DNA of 52,491 nucleotides from Bacilli bacterium (GTDB lineage: Bacteria > Bacillota_I > Bacilli_A > RFN20 > CAG-826), in NCBI GenBank assembly GCA_045132035.1, contig JBGURM010000001.1, forward strand, positions 1 through 52,491, in the 5' to 3' direction. Each line of letters starts with the position of its first letter. Positions within the stretch are counted from its first letter, which is position 1. The notes under the pieces were generated by a model, which was not told the DNA's origin, made no database searches, and worked only from the letters and a program-made list of their open reading frames with translations. Shown piece after piece: positions 1 through 10,363 of this stretch. The translations under genes were made by a program, and so were the position numbers.

Positions 1-2
1 TA

Positions 3-1103
3 GCAGATGCGATATGTCACCCAATCGTTTCTAATTTTGGTAAAACCGCTTCTAGCGGGGCCTTTACTGCTTTTATTTTCTCAATTAGTTTACTTAATCG
101 TGTCGATAAATATTTGGCTCTTCTCGCCTCAATTTCCGTTATTAGCGATATGATGCCGCTTTTAGACTATAATCGTAATTTATTACGTGCGATGTTTAAA
201 GAATATGAAGTCGGTGAATTTTACGCGGTTGACCTTTTAGCAGACCATGAAAAAATAGATGAAGTAGTGATCGGAATGAAAATCGCTCCTAGAATCAATT
301 CAATTGGCAGATTAATCGAAGATGACTCAATCAATAAGATTGTTAAATATTTCGTCACGAACGATGAAAGTTATATTTTAAACTACTATTCCTTTATTCT
401 TCAGGTTAATGAAGAAAGAAAGATGTATTCAAAAGTTGATTTAAGTGAATTAAATATTTCTGGAAACGAAGATGCGATTATTATTAAAGGAAATTATAAA
501 GAAGGGATCATTGGACTCGTCGCTAATTCGATCATGGTCAAATATTTAAAACCAGTAATTGTCTTTGCTCCAAGTTTAGATAATTCCCTTAAAGGAAGCG
601 CAAGAGCGCCAGAAGGATATGACATCGTTTCTGTCTTTAATGAACTTACTAATTATCTACTAACTAGTGGTGGTCACGCCTCCGCTGCAGGCTGCTCAAT
701 TAAAGAGGAAGACTACGATGAATTCAAAGAAAAATTCACTGAGATAATTTCTAAACAAGAAATTAAGAAGATTGAACATCCATATATTGATATCGGAATG
801 AGTGAATTAAGTGTCGAGAATTATCATCTCATTAATTCTTTTTCACCTTTTGGAGAAAGTTGGCCAGCTCCAAACTTCAGATTAAGACATATTAAAGTTG
901 ATACCTTAACTTATTCCAAAGATCATAAACATATCGTGACAACTTTAGGCAATAAACAAAAACTCGTTTTCTTTAATTATCCAGAGGATGAATTAGTAAA
1001 TAAAAGATTTATCGATGTCATCGGTTCTTTATCGCTTAAATCATATAAAGGATATGTCTATTTAGAGTTCTCCGCGAAAGAATTTGCTGATTGCGATAAT
1101 TAA
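3..1103 (+). CDS. recJ: Single-stranded-DNA exonuclease RecJ (5' truncated by window edge)
   Basis: Frame is open from base 3 (ADAICHP...SSGAFTAF). Has DMMPL, APRINSIGR, KGSAR and the DHHA1 motif GGHASAAG; lies upstream of rel as in Firmicutes. Confidence 0.9.
   Translation, partial: ADAICHPIVSNFGKTASSGAFTAFIFSISLLNRVDKYLALLASISVISDMMPLLDYNRNLLRAMFKEYEVGEFYAVDLLADHEKIDEVVIGMKIAPRINSIGRLIEDDSINKIVKYFVTNDESYILNYYSFILQVNEERKMYSKVDLSELNISGNEDAIIIKGNYKEGIIGLVANSIMVKYLKPVIVFAPSLDNSLKGSARAPEGYDIVSVFNELTNYLLTSGGHASAAGCSIKEEDYDEFKEKFTEIISKQEIKKIEHPYIDIGMSELSVENYHLINSFSPFGESWPAPNFRLRHIKVDTLTYSKDHKHIVTTLGNKQKLVFFNYPEDELVNKRFIDVIGSLSLKSYKGYVYLEFSAKEFADCDN
647..663 (+). repeat. Phased direct repeat TACTAA-ttatc-TACTAA (copy A, inside recJ)
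   Basis: TACTAA at 647 and 658 (11-bp period); the 17-mer is identical to the reverse complement of copy C. Confidence 0.7.
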
Positions 1104-1127
1104 ACTACAATTTCCATAATTAATAAC

Positions 1128-1163
1128 AAACGTTCCCGTTTTACAATTTTGGGGCGTTTTTTT
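1128..1163 (+). terminator. Probable intrinsic terminator after recJ
   Basis: Imperfect stem aaacgttcc...ggggcgttt followed by a T run. Confidence 0.55.
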
Positions 1164-1204
1164 ATCTTTAATTGATTAGCAAAAAATATTAAAATATTTT
1201 CGTT

Positions 1205-3424
1205 ATGGAAACTGAAAACAAACTTCTAGTTAATGGTGGCTATCCACTTCATACATTTGAACAGCTCCAAGACGTTTATCAAAATTACATCACTAATGAA
1301 GATGATCGTAAGAATATTGAAAGAGCGTACGCTTTTATACTAGAAAAACATAAAGACCAATATCGTCGTAGTGGAGAGCCATATTATCACCATCTTATAG
1401 AAGTTGCCTATATCTTAGCGAATCTTCAAGCTGGACCAGCCACAATTGTTGCTGGTTTATTGCATGATGTTGTTGAAGACACTGATGTAACAGTGGAAGA
1501 TGTTGAAAAGATGTGGGGAAGCGACGTCGCTAAACTCGTCGACTCATTAACCAAAATTCAAAGATTAAAACTTTCTAAAATAGAAAGTGAAGATTTCGAA
1601 GCCGAAGATCATCGTAAGATTTTCATCGGAATGGCCAAAGACATACGTGTCATTATCATTAAACTCGCTGATCGATTACATAATATGCGTACACTCGCAT
1701 CACTTAAGCCAGAAAGACAAATTGCTCTTTCTAAAGAAACTAAAGAAGTATTCGTTCCAATCGCTCACCGTTTAGGTCTTGATAATATCAAGTGTGAACT
1801 TGCAGATTTATGTTTAAAATATCTCGAACCTGAAAGATATAACGAAATTGTTTCTTTACTTTCTAAGAAAGAAAAGTCATTAAAGAAATCGCTTAATACT
1901 TTCCAAAAGAAATTAGCGGATATTCTTTTTGCCCATAATATTCCATTTGATATCTTCTCAAGAGTAAAGTCCATCTCTTCAATTTATGAAAAGATGTATG
2001 TCAAAGGACATACTTTTGATGAAATATACGACATTCTCGCTCTTAGAATCATTACTGACACCGAGATGAGATGTTATGAAATCTTAGGTTTAATTCACCA
2101 AAGTTATAAACCTGTCCCAATGAGATTTAAAGATTATATCGCGATGCCTAAACCAAATATGTATCAATCTTTACATACTACGGTTATTTCAGGTGATGGA
2201 AACTTCTATGAAGTTCAAATTAGAACTAAATACATGGATGAAATTGCTGAAGCTGGTGTTGCCGCTCACTGGGCATATAAAGAAAAGAAGGGTTATGACC
2301 CTAAAGAAGAACAAAAAGAAATTGAAAATAAATTACATTGGTTTAGAGACTTTGTCTCTATGAGTAATGAAGAACATGATACGGCCTCTGAATATATGGA
2401 GACCTTAACTCATGATATCTTCGAAGCTAATGTCTATGTCTTTACACCTAACGGTAAAGTCATCGAATTAACAAATGGTTCAACTCCAATTGACTTTGCT
2501 TATAGAATCCACACCAAAGTCGGTGATAGTGCGGTTGGAGCGATTGTTAACGGAAGTATGGTTCCACTTAACACTGTCTTAAAGACTGGTGATATGGTGG
2601 AAATCAAAACTAGTAAATCTTCTCCGGGACCAAGCGAAGGTTGGCTGGAATTTGTTAAGACAAATTTAGCGAAGAGCCAAATTAAAAAGTTCATTGCTAA
2701 AAAGAACGCTGATCTTGTTAGAGGAGAGAAAATTGCCAAAGGCAAACAATCCGCATTAGATGCCTTTAAAGACCGTGGAATCGAAGAAGCAGAAATGCTT
2801 GAATTACTCGATGATGAGAAATTATTAGAGCATTTCGAGATGAGTTCATTAGATGACTTATTCATCGGAATTACTAATCGTAAGCCAACAACAACCGCGA
2901 TTATTGATTTCTTAGGAATCAAGAAGCCACTTGTCTTACCAACAGGTAAAGCAAAAGTTAGAAATGAAGGAGATTCTTCCTGTCCAGTTTACTGTAAAGG
3001 GGCCGATCGAATCGCTATTCAACTCGCTAACTGCTGCACTCCAATTCCTGGAGATATGATTAAAGGATATATTACCAAAGGTAAAGGTATTACAGTCCAT
3101 CGACATAACTGTCCAAATATCAAAAATGACGAGAAGAGATTGATTGATGTTTACTGGAAAGAAGACATTGAATATTCAACTTATCCAGTCGATATTGCTT
3201 TAGAAGCAAATGATAGACCAAATCTTCTTATCGACATTATGAATACAATGAGTAGTGCGAAAGTCACCATTAGTTCGATTCACGCACAATTATTACATCA
3301 AAATCGTTCAATCACATTAGTGAAAATCACCATTTATGTCAGTGATTTAAAACGATTAAATGATATATTTAATATCTTACAAAACGTCAAAGGCGTTTAC
3401 GAAGTTAAACGCGTCATCCATTAA
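1205..3424 (+). CDS. relA: Bifunctional (p)ppGpp synthetase/hydrolase Rel
   Basis: HD motif LHDVVED, synthetase motifs RFKDY, YQSLHT and EVQIRT, then TGS, CC and ACT domains; 739 aa. Confidence 0.97.
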   Translation: METENKLLVNGGYPLHTFEQLQDVYQNYITNEDDRKNIERAYAFILEKHKDQYRRSGEPYYHHLIEVAYILANLQAGPATIVAGLLHDVVEDTDVTVEDVEKMWGSDVAKLVDSLTKIQRLKLSKIESEDFEAEDHRKIFIGMAKDIRVIIIKLADRLHNMRTLASLKPERQIALSKETKEVFVPIAHRLGLDNIKCELADLCLKYLEPERYNEIVSLLSKKEKSLKKSLNTFQKKLADILFAHNIPFDIFSRVKSISSIYEKMYVKGHTFDEIYDILALRIITDTEMRCYEILGLIHQSYKPVPMRFKDYIAMPKPNMYQSLHTTVISGDGNFYEVQIRTKYMDEIAEAGVAAHWAYKEKKGYDPKEEQKEIENKLHWFRDFVSMSNEEHDTASEYMETLTHDIFEANVYVFTPNGKVIELTNGSTPIDFAYRIHTKVGDSAVGAIVNGSMVPLNTVLKTGDMVEIKTSKSSPGPSEGWLEFVKTNLAKSQIKKFIAKKNADLVRGEKIAKGKQSALDAFKDRGIEEAEMLELLDDEKLLEHFEMSSLDDLFIGITNRKPTTTAIIDFLGIKKPLVLPTGKAKVRNEGDSSCPVYCKGADRIAIQLANCCTPIPGDMIKGYITKGKGITVHRHNCPNIKNDEKRLIDVYWKEDIEYSTYPVDIALEANDRPNLLIDIMNTMSSAKVTISSIHAQLLHQNRSITLVKITIYVSDLKRLNDIFNILQNVKGVYEVKRVIH

Positions 3425-3435
3425 GGAGAAACAAC

Positions 3436-4731
3436 ATGGAACAAATCAAAAATGTAAAAGGCACTCACGACATCTTCGGAGAAGAGAATAATGCGTATGA
3501 ACGCGTTGAATCTTTGATGAAGTCCATCGCTGAGATGTATGCATATAACGGAGTGAGACCTCCAGTTATCGAATATAATTCTGTATTCGTTAGAGGAGTA
3601 GGAGAAGGTAGTGACATTGTTAGAAAAGAAATGTATACATTTCCTGATAAAGGAGATCGCTTATTAACTCTTCGTCCAGAATTCACTGCTGGAATTATGA
3701 GATTAGTAGTTCAAAATAAGCTCTATGCGACTAGTGAATTACCAATCAAACTCTATTATTTAGGTCCTGTCTTTCGTTACGAAAGACCACAATTAGGAAG
3801 ATACCGCCAATTCAACCAATTTGGCGTTGAATCAATCGGTAACAATTCCCCAATGAACGATGTTGAAGTTATCGTTTTAGCGTATACCATCCTTTGTTCA
3901 TTAGGATTAGAAGGTGTAACAATTAAAATCAACACTCTTGGAGATGAAGCTTCTAGAGACAATTACCGTAAAGCTTTAAGAGAATATTTTAAAGACCATA
4001 TTGAAAATATGTGTGAAGATTGTAAGAGTAGATATGAGCTCAATCCTTTACGTATTTTAGACTGTAAAGTTCCTGAAGATCGTCCAGTCATTGATAAAGC
4101 TCCAAAGATTGGAGATTATCTTTCTGAACCAAGTAAAATCCGTTTTGAACAAATCCAAGACGCTTTAAGCGTTCTTCAAATTCCATATGAAATTGATGAA
4201 GGACTTGTTAGAGGATTAGATTATTATTCAGAGACTGTCTTTGAATTCCATTACACATCTAAAGCAGGTGTTGATTACGGGGCAATTGGCGCTGGTGGAC
4301 ATTATGGCAAGCTGATGCTTGAACTCGGTGGACCAGAACTCCCAGGAGTGGGATTCTCTTTCGGAATTGAAAGAATTGTTTCAGTCTTAAAAGATGATGG
4401 CTTATTAGATGACACTCAATCATCTTTAGATGCTTATATCATGCCTTTAGGAGATGAATCTGTATTAGTGGGAGAGGAAATTGCTGTCTTACTTCGTAAT
4501 GCAGGTGGATATCGCGTTGATATGTGCTTTGATAAAACCAAACTTGGCAATATGTTTAAACGCGCAACAAACAAGAATGCAAAATTTGCAGTAATCATCG
4601 GAGAAGAAGAAATCAAAAATGATTCTGTAATTGTTAAAAATTTAACAACACAAGAACAAATGTCAGTGAAAATCGATGACCTCATCGATAAGTTCGATGA
4701 TTTGTTTAGTGAAGAGGAGACTCAAGAATAA
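3436..4731 (+). CDS. hisS: Histidine--tRNA ligase
   Basis: LRPEFTA, FRYERPQ.GRYRQF, LVRGLDYY, GFSFGIER; SD aaggag. Confidence 0.97.
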   Translation: MEQIKNVKGTHDIFGEENNAYERVESLMKSIAEMYAYNGVRPPVIEYNSVFVRGVGEGSDIVRKEMYTFPDKGDRLLTLRPEFTAGIMRLVVQNKLYATSELPIKLYYLGPVFRYERPQLGRYRQFNQFGVESIGNNSPMNDVEVIVLAYTILCSLGLEGVTIKINTLGDEASRDNYRKALREYFKDHIENMCEDCKSRYELNPLRILDCKVPEDRPVIDKAPKIGDYLSEPSKIRFEQIQDALSVLQIPYEIDEGLVRGLDYYSETVFEFHYTSKAGVDYGAIGAGGHYGKLMLELGGPELPGVGFSFGIERIVSVLKDDGLLDDTQSSLDAYIMPLGDESVLVGEEIAVLLRNAGGYRVDMCFDKTKLGNMFKRATNKNAKFAVIIGEEEIKNDSVIVKNLTTQEQMSVKIDDLIDKFDDLFSEEETQE

Positions 4732-6464
4732 TGAAAAGAACATGTTTTAACACCGAACTTTCTTTAGAAAATGTCGGTCAAGAAGTAACCCTTATCGGAT
4801 GGGTTAGCAAAAAAAGAAATTTAGGTTCCATCGTCTTTATTGATTTAAGAGATCGTAGTGGAATCATCCAAATCACCGTTAATGAAGGGGTGGAAATCCC
4901 AGATATTCGTAACGAATATATCCTTTCAGTTACTGGTGTTGTTTCTAAAAAAGACAAAGCCAATCCAAACTTAAAAACTGGAGCGATCGAAGTTATTGCT
5001 TCTAAAGTAGAAGTCATTAACACCGCAAAAACGACTCCGCTTATTATCGCGGATGAGACAGACGCGCTTGAAGATACACGTTTAAAATATCGTTATCTCG
5101 ATTTAAGACGTCCAATCATGCAGTCTTATTTAGATATTCGTCACCAAATCAAATTAGCGGTTCACGAATATTTATCTAAAGAACACTTCATAGAAGTGGA
5201 AACCCCAATTTTAACTCTTTCTACTCCAGAAGGAGCAAGAGACTATTTGGTTCCTAGCCGTGTCCATCACGGAAAGTTCTACGCTTTACCACAATCCCCA
5301 CAAATCTTTAAGCAACTCTTAATGATTGGTGGAGTGGAAAGATATTATCAAATCGCTCGTTGCTTCAGAGATGAAGACTTAAGAGCGGACCGTCAACCAG
5401 ATTTCACTCAAATCGATATTGAAACCAGCTTTCTTGATCAAGATCAATTCTTAACAATGATGGAAGGATTAATCAAAGAAATCTTTGATAAGACTATTGG
5501 CTATGAAGTCAAACTTCCATTAAGAAGAATGCCATACCAAGAAGCGATGGATAACTATGGTAGTGATAAGCCTGACACTCGTTTTGATATCAAATTACAC
5601 GATGTTAAAGATATCTTCGCTAGAAGCGAATTTGGTGGCTTTAAAGATGTCGAAGCTATTAGAGCAATCGTCGTTCCAGGTGTCGCTGATGTCACAAGTA
5701 GAAAAGTTATTGATGAATTAACTTTAGAAGCTAAGAAGTTCGGTTTAGGTGGCTTAAGTGTCATCAAATATGAAAACGGTGAACTCACTGGTTCATTTGT
5801 TAAATTCCTTTCTGAAGAAGAAAAAGCAGCTTTGCTTTCTAGACTACCAATTAGTAACAATGATTTATTAATCATTGCAGCAGGTAAATATAATAGAGTA
5901 TGTCCATTACTCGGCGCTCTTAGATTAAGATACGGACGCCAACTTGGTTTAATTAAACCAGGAACATTCGATCTACTTTGGATTGTTGATTTCCCACTTT
6001 TTGAAAGAGATGTTGAAAACGGACAAATTACCTCCACTCACCATCCATTTACTCGTCCTAGAGATGAAGATTTAAAATATTTAGATAGTGACCCAACCAA
6101 GATTTTATCGTATGCTTATGATATAGTCATAAATGGATATGAAGCTGGTGGTGGTTCTTTAAGAATCTATAGCCAAGATGTTCAAAAGAAGATCTTTGAA
6201 GTTCTTGGTCTTTCCGACGAAGATATCAAACGTAAATTTGGTTTCTTTGTCGATGCTTTCCAATATGGCACCCCTCCACACGCAGGAATGGCCTTTGGCT
6301 TAGATCGATTAACAATGATTTTAGGTGGAACAGAGAACATTCGTGATGTCATCGCCTTCCCTAAAAACCTCGCTGCTGTCTGTCCAATGTCTGGAGCCCC
6401 TAACACAGTTGATGAAGATCAACTTAAAGACCTTGGAATCGCAGTTACAGACTACGAAAAATAA
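4731..6464 (+). CDS. aspS: Aspartate--tRNA ligase
   Basis: FIDLRDRSG, STPEGARDY, LPQSPQ, RCFRDEDLRADRQP, PPHAGMAFGLDR. Confidence 0.97.
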   Translation: MKRTCFNTELSLENVGQEVTLIGWVSKKRNLGSIVFIDLRDRSGIIQITVNEGVEIPDIRNEYILSVTGVVSKKDKANPNLKTGAIEVIASKVEVINTAKTTPLIIADETDALEDTRLKYRYLDLRRPIMQSYLDIRHQIKLAVHEYLSKEHFIEVETPILTLSTPEGARDYLVPSRVHHGKFYALPQSPQIFKQLLMIGGVERYYQIARCFRDEDLRADRQPDFTQIDIETSFLDQDQFLTMMEGLIKEIFDKTIGYEVKLPLRRMPYQEAMDNYGSDKPDTRFDIKLHDVKDIFARSEFGGFKDVEAIRAIVVPGVADVTSRKVIDELTLEAKKFGLGGLSVIKYENGELTGSFVKFLSEEEKAALLSRLPISNNDLLIIAAGKYNRVCPLLGALRLRYGRQLGLIKPGTFDLLWIVDFPLFERDVENGQITSTHHPFTRPRDEDLKYLDSDPTKILSYAYDIVINGYEAGGGSLRIYSQDVQKKIFEVLGLSDEDIKRKFGFFVDAFQYGTPPHAGMAFGLDRLTMILGGTENIRDVIAFPKNLAAVCPMSGAPNTVDEDQLKDLGIAVTDYEK

Positions 6465-6490
6465 TCAATTACATACTCAGTATGTATAAA

Positions 6491-6518
6491 TACTAATTTG
6501 ATACTAATTATTTACTAA
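6491..6518 (+). repeat. Phased direct repeat (TACTAA-N5)x3 (copy B)
   Basis: TACTAA at 6491, 6502 and 6513, between aspS and tkt. Confidence 0.8.
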
Positions 6519-6535
6519 CAAAGGAGAAAGTATTA

Positions 6536-8509
6536 ATGAGTCAAATTCAACAATTATCAATCGCTACAATTAGAAGTTTATGTATCGATATGATTAACAA
6601 AGCGAACTCTGGTCACCCAGGTATGGCCTTAGGTAGCGCACCAATTCTTTATACCTTATTCACTAAGCATTTAGTTGCGGACCCAAAAGACCCAGAATGG
6701 ATTAATCGTGACCGTTTTGTTCTTTCAGCAGGACACGCTTCAAGTTTGCTTTACACAATGCTCCATTTAAGTGGATACGAATTGTCTTTAGATGACTTAA
6801 AACAATTTAGACAGCTCGATTCCTTAACTCCAGGACATCCAGAATATCGTTGGACAAAAGGAGTTGACGCTACAAGCGGTCCTTTAGGACAAGGTATCGC
6901 TCAAGCTGTTGGTATGGCTTTAGCGGAAGAATCAATTGCCGCTAATTACGCTGATGGTCATAAAATTATGAATCATTACACATACGTATTATGTGGAGAT
7001 GGATGTTTACAAGAAGGACTTTCTCAAGAAGCAATCTCTTTTGCTGGTCATCAAAAATTAAACAAATTAATTCTTTTCTATGATGCTAATCAAGTTACAC
7101 TTGATGGTGGATTAGATTTATCATTCTCTGAAAACGTTAAACTCAGATTCCAAGCTAGTGAATGGAACGTCTTAGAAGTTAAAGATGGCAATGATATTGA
7201 TGCGATTGATAAAGCAATCATCGAAGCTAAAAAATCAAAAGATAAACCAACAATGATTCTTGTTCATACAGTCATTGGCTTTGGTAGTGCTAAACAAGGA
7301 ACATCAAAAGTTCATGGCGCTCCTTTAGGAGTTGAAGACGGTAAACACGCCAAAGTTGATGTTTATGGTTTTGATCATGAAGACTTCTATGTTCCAGAAG
7401 AAGTAAGAGCCCACTTTGAAGCCACCTTTGGTGCGCGTGGACAAAAAGCCCATGAAGACTATAGAAAAGCTTTTGAAGAATATCGTAAAGACCATGAAGC
7501 TCTTGCTACAAGATTTGAAAACCTCGAACATTTAGATTTATCTAAATATGTTCCAGAAGAATTACCAGACTTTGTCGCAGGTAGTACCACAAGTACACGT
7601 GTCGCAAGTGGAAGAGCGCTTAACGCCTATATGCTTTCTTGCCCAATGCTAGTGGGTGGAAGCGCAGACGTTGCCGGTTCAGTTATGACTAAACTCGATA
7701 ATGGAGTGAATTTCACTCCAGAACATCGTGAAGGACATAATGTTAACTGGGGTATTAGAGAATTCGCTATGGGATGTATCCAAAACGGTATGTTATTACA
7801 TGGTGGAATTAGAAGCTATGTTGGTTGCTTTGCTGTTTTCTCAGATTATATGAAACCTGCAATCAGAATGGCAGCCTTATCTCATTTACCAGCTATTTAT
7901 TTATTCTCTCACGATAGTATTGCTGTTGGAGAAGATGGTCCAACCCATCAACCAATTGAACAACTTGCAATGCTTCGTTCAATTCCAAATGTCAGAGTCA
8001 TTAGACCTGCTGATGAAAGAGAAACATATGCAGCGTGGAAGATTGCTCTAAAGAGCACTAATGAACCAACTGCTTTAATTCTTTCTAGACAAGGTTTACC
8101 ATTACTTGAAAATAGTAGTGATGAAGGCGCTTCTAGAGGTGCTTATGTTGTTTCTTATGAAAAGAAGAGAGCGGATTTAGTGTTAATCGCTACTGGTAGT
8201 GAAGTTGCTTTAGCAATTGAAGCCCAAAAGAAACTCTTAGAAAAGAGAATTGATGTCCGTGTTGTCTCTATGCCTTGCTGGGAAATCTTCCAAAAGCAAG
8301 ATTTGGAATATCGTAAATCAGTCTTACTATTACATAGTGATAGAAGAGTGAGCGTTGAAATGCTATCAACCTTTGGTTGGACAAGATGGGCCAAATACAA
8401 TATGGGTTTAGATAACTTTGGAACTTCCGCTCCAGCAAAAGATGCGATTAGGAAATTTGATTTCACAAGTGACCATTTAGTGAGCATTTGTGAAAATATT
8501 CTCAAATAA
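6536..8509 (+). CDS. tkt: Transketolase
   Basis: SGHPG, RDRFVLSAGH, GDGCLQEG TPP motif, GEDGPTHQPIE; SD aaggag. Confidence 0.97.
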   Translation: MSQIQQLSIATIRSLCIDMINKANSGHPGMALGSAPILYTLFTKHLVADPKDPEWINRDRFVLSAGHASSLLYTMLHLSGYELSLDDLKQFRQLDSLTPGHPEYRWTKGVDATSGPLGQGIAQAVGMALAEESIAANYADGHKIMNHYTYVLCGDGCLQEGLSQEAISFAGHQKLNKLILFYDANQVTLDGGLDLSFSENVKLRFQASEWNVLEVKDGNDIDAIDKAIIEAKKSKDKPTMILVHTVIGFGSAKQGTSKVHGAPLGVEDGKHAKVDVYGFDHEDFYVPEEVRAHFEATFGARGQKAHEDYRKAFEEYRKDHEALATRFENLEHLDLSKYVPEELPDFVAGSTTSTRVASGRALNAYMLSCPMLVGGSADVAGSVMTKLDNGVNFTPEHREGHNVNWGIREFAMGCIQNGMLLHGGIRSYVGCFAVFSDYMKPAIRMAALSHLPAIYLFSHDSIAVGEDGPTHQPIEQLAMLRSIPNVRVIRPADERETYAAWKIALKSTNEPTALILSRQGLPLLENSSDEGASRGAYVVSYEKKRADLVLIATGSEVALAIEAQKKLLEKRIDVRVVSMPCWEIFQKQDLEYRKSVLLLHSDRRVSVEMLSTFGWTRWAKYNMGLDNFGTSAPAKDAIRKFDFTSDHLVSICENILK

Positions 8510-8521
8510 TATCAACCAAAT

Positions 8522-8557
8522 AAATAAGGAAATGGCGTAGTCCATTTCTTTTATTTT
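8522..8557 (+). terminator. Intrinsic terminator after tkt
   Basis: Stem gaaatgg-cgtagt-ccatttc followed by ttttatttt. Confidence 0.7.
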
Positions 8558-8584
8558 GCGTTTCGATATATTTAAATATATAAT
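8556..8584 (+). promoter_or_regulatory. Sigma-A promoter of the nusB-xseA-xseB-dxs operon (near-leaderless)
   Basis: TTGCGT-17 nt-TATAAT; ATG 9 nt after the -10, no SD. Confidence 0.65.
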
Positions 8585-8593
8585 ATCCACGGT

Positions 8594-9013
8594 ATGGAAA
8601 TTAGTAGAAATCAACAACACTTCATCATTATGACCGTCATTTATAATGAACTCACTGATTTTACTTTCGGTGAAGGAAAGATGATTAGAAACGCTAACGA
8701 GATGATTAGCTCAATTTGTGAATGCGAAAATAGTGAAGTTGATTCATATATTACTGACACAGTCATTATGTCTTTAAAGAACTATGGTGAAATCAAAAGA
8801 GCCTATGAACCATATCTTAAAAATTGGAAATGGGAAAGACTCCCACTTTTAACTCAAGCTATTTTATTAATGAGTTATACTCATTATAAATATATTGAAA
8901 AGGTCGACAAGAAAGTCGTCATCAACATCGCTGTTGAACTCGCTAAAAAATATATCGACGATAAACAAGCTAAATTTATTAACGCCATACTTGATAATGG
9001 AGTTCTTGATTAA
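8594..9013 (+). CDS. nusB: Transcription antitermination factor NusB
   Basis: NWKWERL...AIL, VVINIAVELAKKY, FINAILD; synteny with xseAB. Confidence 0.9.
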   Translation: MEISRNQQHFIIMTVIYNELTDFTFGEGKMIRNANEMISSICECENSEVDSYITDTVIMSLKNYGEIKRAYEPYLKNWKWERLPLLTQAILLMSYTHYKYIEKVDKKVVINIAVELAKKYIDDKQAKFINAILDNGVLD

Positions 9014-9015
9014 TT

Positions 9016-10158
9016 ATGTATGAGAACACTCCAGTTCTTTCCGTTAGTGAGATCAATACTTATGTAAAAGCGGTACTCACTAGTGATGAAAGGCTAAAAT
9101 TTGTTCGTATTAAAGGAGAAATCTCCAACTTCAAAGCCTATCCAAGTGGGCATTTTTATTTTTCATTAAAAGACAATGAATCGGTAATAAGTGCGGTGAT
9201 GTTTAATACTTACGCGAAGCGTATAGCTTTTTCTCCAAAAAACGGAGATGAAGTTGTTGTCCTTGCTAGTGTTGACGCTTATGTCCCTAGGGGAAGTTAT
9301 AATCTTAACGTCTACGAGATGGAAGAAAGTGGCTTAGGACAGCAGTTATTAGAACTTGAAAAACTTAAAAAGAAATTACTTGCTGAAGGATTATTTGATG
9401 AAAGTCGAAAAAGACCAATCAACATCTACCCTAAAGCTATTGGGGTAATTACCGCTCCTAATGGAGCAGCGGTAAGAGATATCGTTACTAACATCAAAAG
9501 AAGATATCCGATCGCTGATATATATGTTTTTCCTTCATTAGTTCAAGGAGAACAAGCCCCAGCAGAACTATTAAAAGCGTTCAATGAATCACAAAAATAT
9601 GATTTAGACACTCTGATCATTGGTCGAGGTGGTGGCGCTAGTGAGGATTTAAGTGCGTTTAACGACGAAACTCTCGTAAGAGCAGTAGCAAATAGCAAAA
9701 TGCCAATTATCGCCGCTGTCGGCCACGAAATCGATATGACATTAATCGATTATGTTGCCGATAAAAGAGCCTCAACTCCTACTGGAGCGGCAGAACTCGC
9801 TACCGTTGATAAAAGAGAAATTGAAAAAGAATTCAGTTATGCTTCATTAACAATGGAACAAGCAATCACTAATTTAGTGAGTGATAAAAAAGAAGAAATT
9901 GAAACCTTAAAAGAAGATTTATTAGAAGCTTTACAGAGTAAAGTTGAGGACAAGAAGACTGAACTTAACCATTTAAAAGTTCAATTAGAACTTCTTAATC
10001 CAAAAAATGTTCTTTCTAGAGGATATTCCTTATCGCTAGATGAAAAAGGAAAGCCAATTACATCAATTAATCAAATTAAAGAGAATCAAGTAATAAACAC
10101 TTTACTAAGTGATGGTGAACTCGCTAGTAGAGTGATTGAGATAAAGGAGAGTAAATAA
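9016..10158 (+). CDS. xseA: Exodeoxyribonuclease VII large subunit
   Basis: GEISNF..SGHFYFSLKD, RGGGASEDL, AVGHEID, RASTPTGAAE. Confidence 0.95.
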   Translation: MYENTPVLSVSEINTYVKAVLTSDERLKFVRIKGEISNFKAYPSGHFYFSLKDNESVISAVMFNTYAKRIAFSPKNGDEVVVLASVDAYVPRGSYNLNVYEMEESGLGQQLLELEKLKKKLLAEGLFDESRKRPINIYPKAIGVITAPNGAAVRDIVTNIKRRYPIADIYVFPSLVQGEQAPAELLKAFNESQKYDLDTLIIGRGGGASEDLSAFNDETLVRAVANSKMPIIAAVGHEIDMTLIDYVADKRASTPTGAAELATVDKREIEKEFSYASLTMEQAITNLVSDKKEEIETLKEDLLEALQSKVEDKKTELNHLKVQLELLNPKNVLSRGYSLSLDEKGKPITSINQIKENQVINTLLSDGELASRVIEIKESK

Positions 10159-10355
10159 TGGAAGAGAAAGTAATTAATTTCGAAGAAGAATTAAATCGTC
10201 TTAGACAAATCGTTAACGATATTCAAAACAAAGATATCTCCATTGATGAAAGTCTTTCATTATATGAAGAGGGACAAAAAATCATCGCTACTTTATCTAA
10301 AGAGCTTGAAAAAGCTGAAAGCAAAGTTGAAAAAGTTATCAAAGTGGGTAAATAA
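10158..10355 (+). CDS. xseB: Exodeoxyribonuclease VII small subunit
   Basis: FEEELNRL...SIDESLSLYEEG; follows xseA with SD aaggag. Confidence 0.9.
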   Translation: MEEKVINFEEELNRLRQIVNDIQNKDISIDESLSLYEEGQKIIATLSKELEKAESKVEKVIKVGK

Positions 10356-10363
10356 TATTTACA

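Noticed and set aside
6491-6518. TACTAA arrays as CRISPR repeats, iterons or KOPS
   Set aside because: Units are 11 bp with only 2-3 copies and no spacers, there is no cas or rep gene, and orientation is not polarised toward dif.
6465-6535. 6S RNA downstream of aspS, as in Bacillus
   Set aside because: The gap is only 71 bp, too short.
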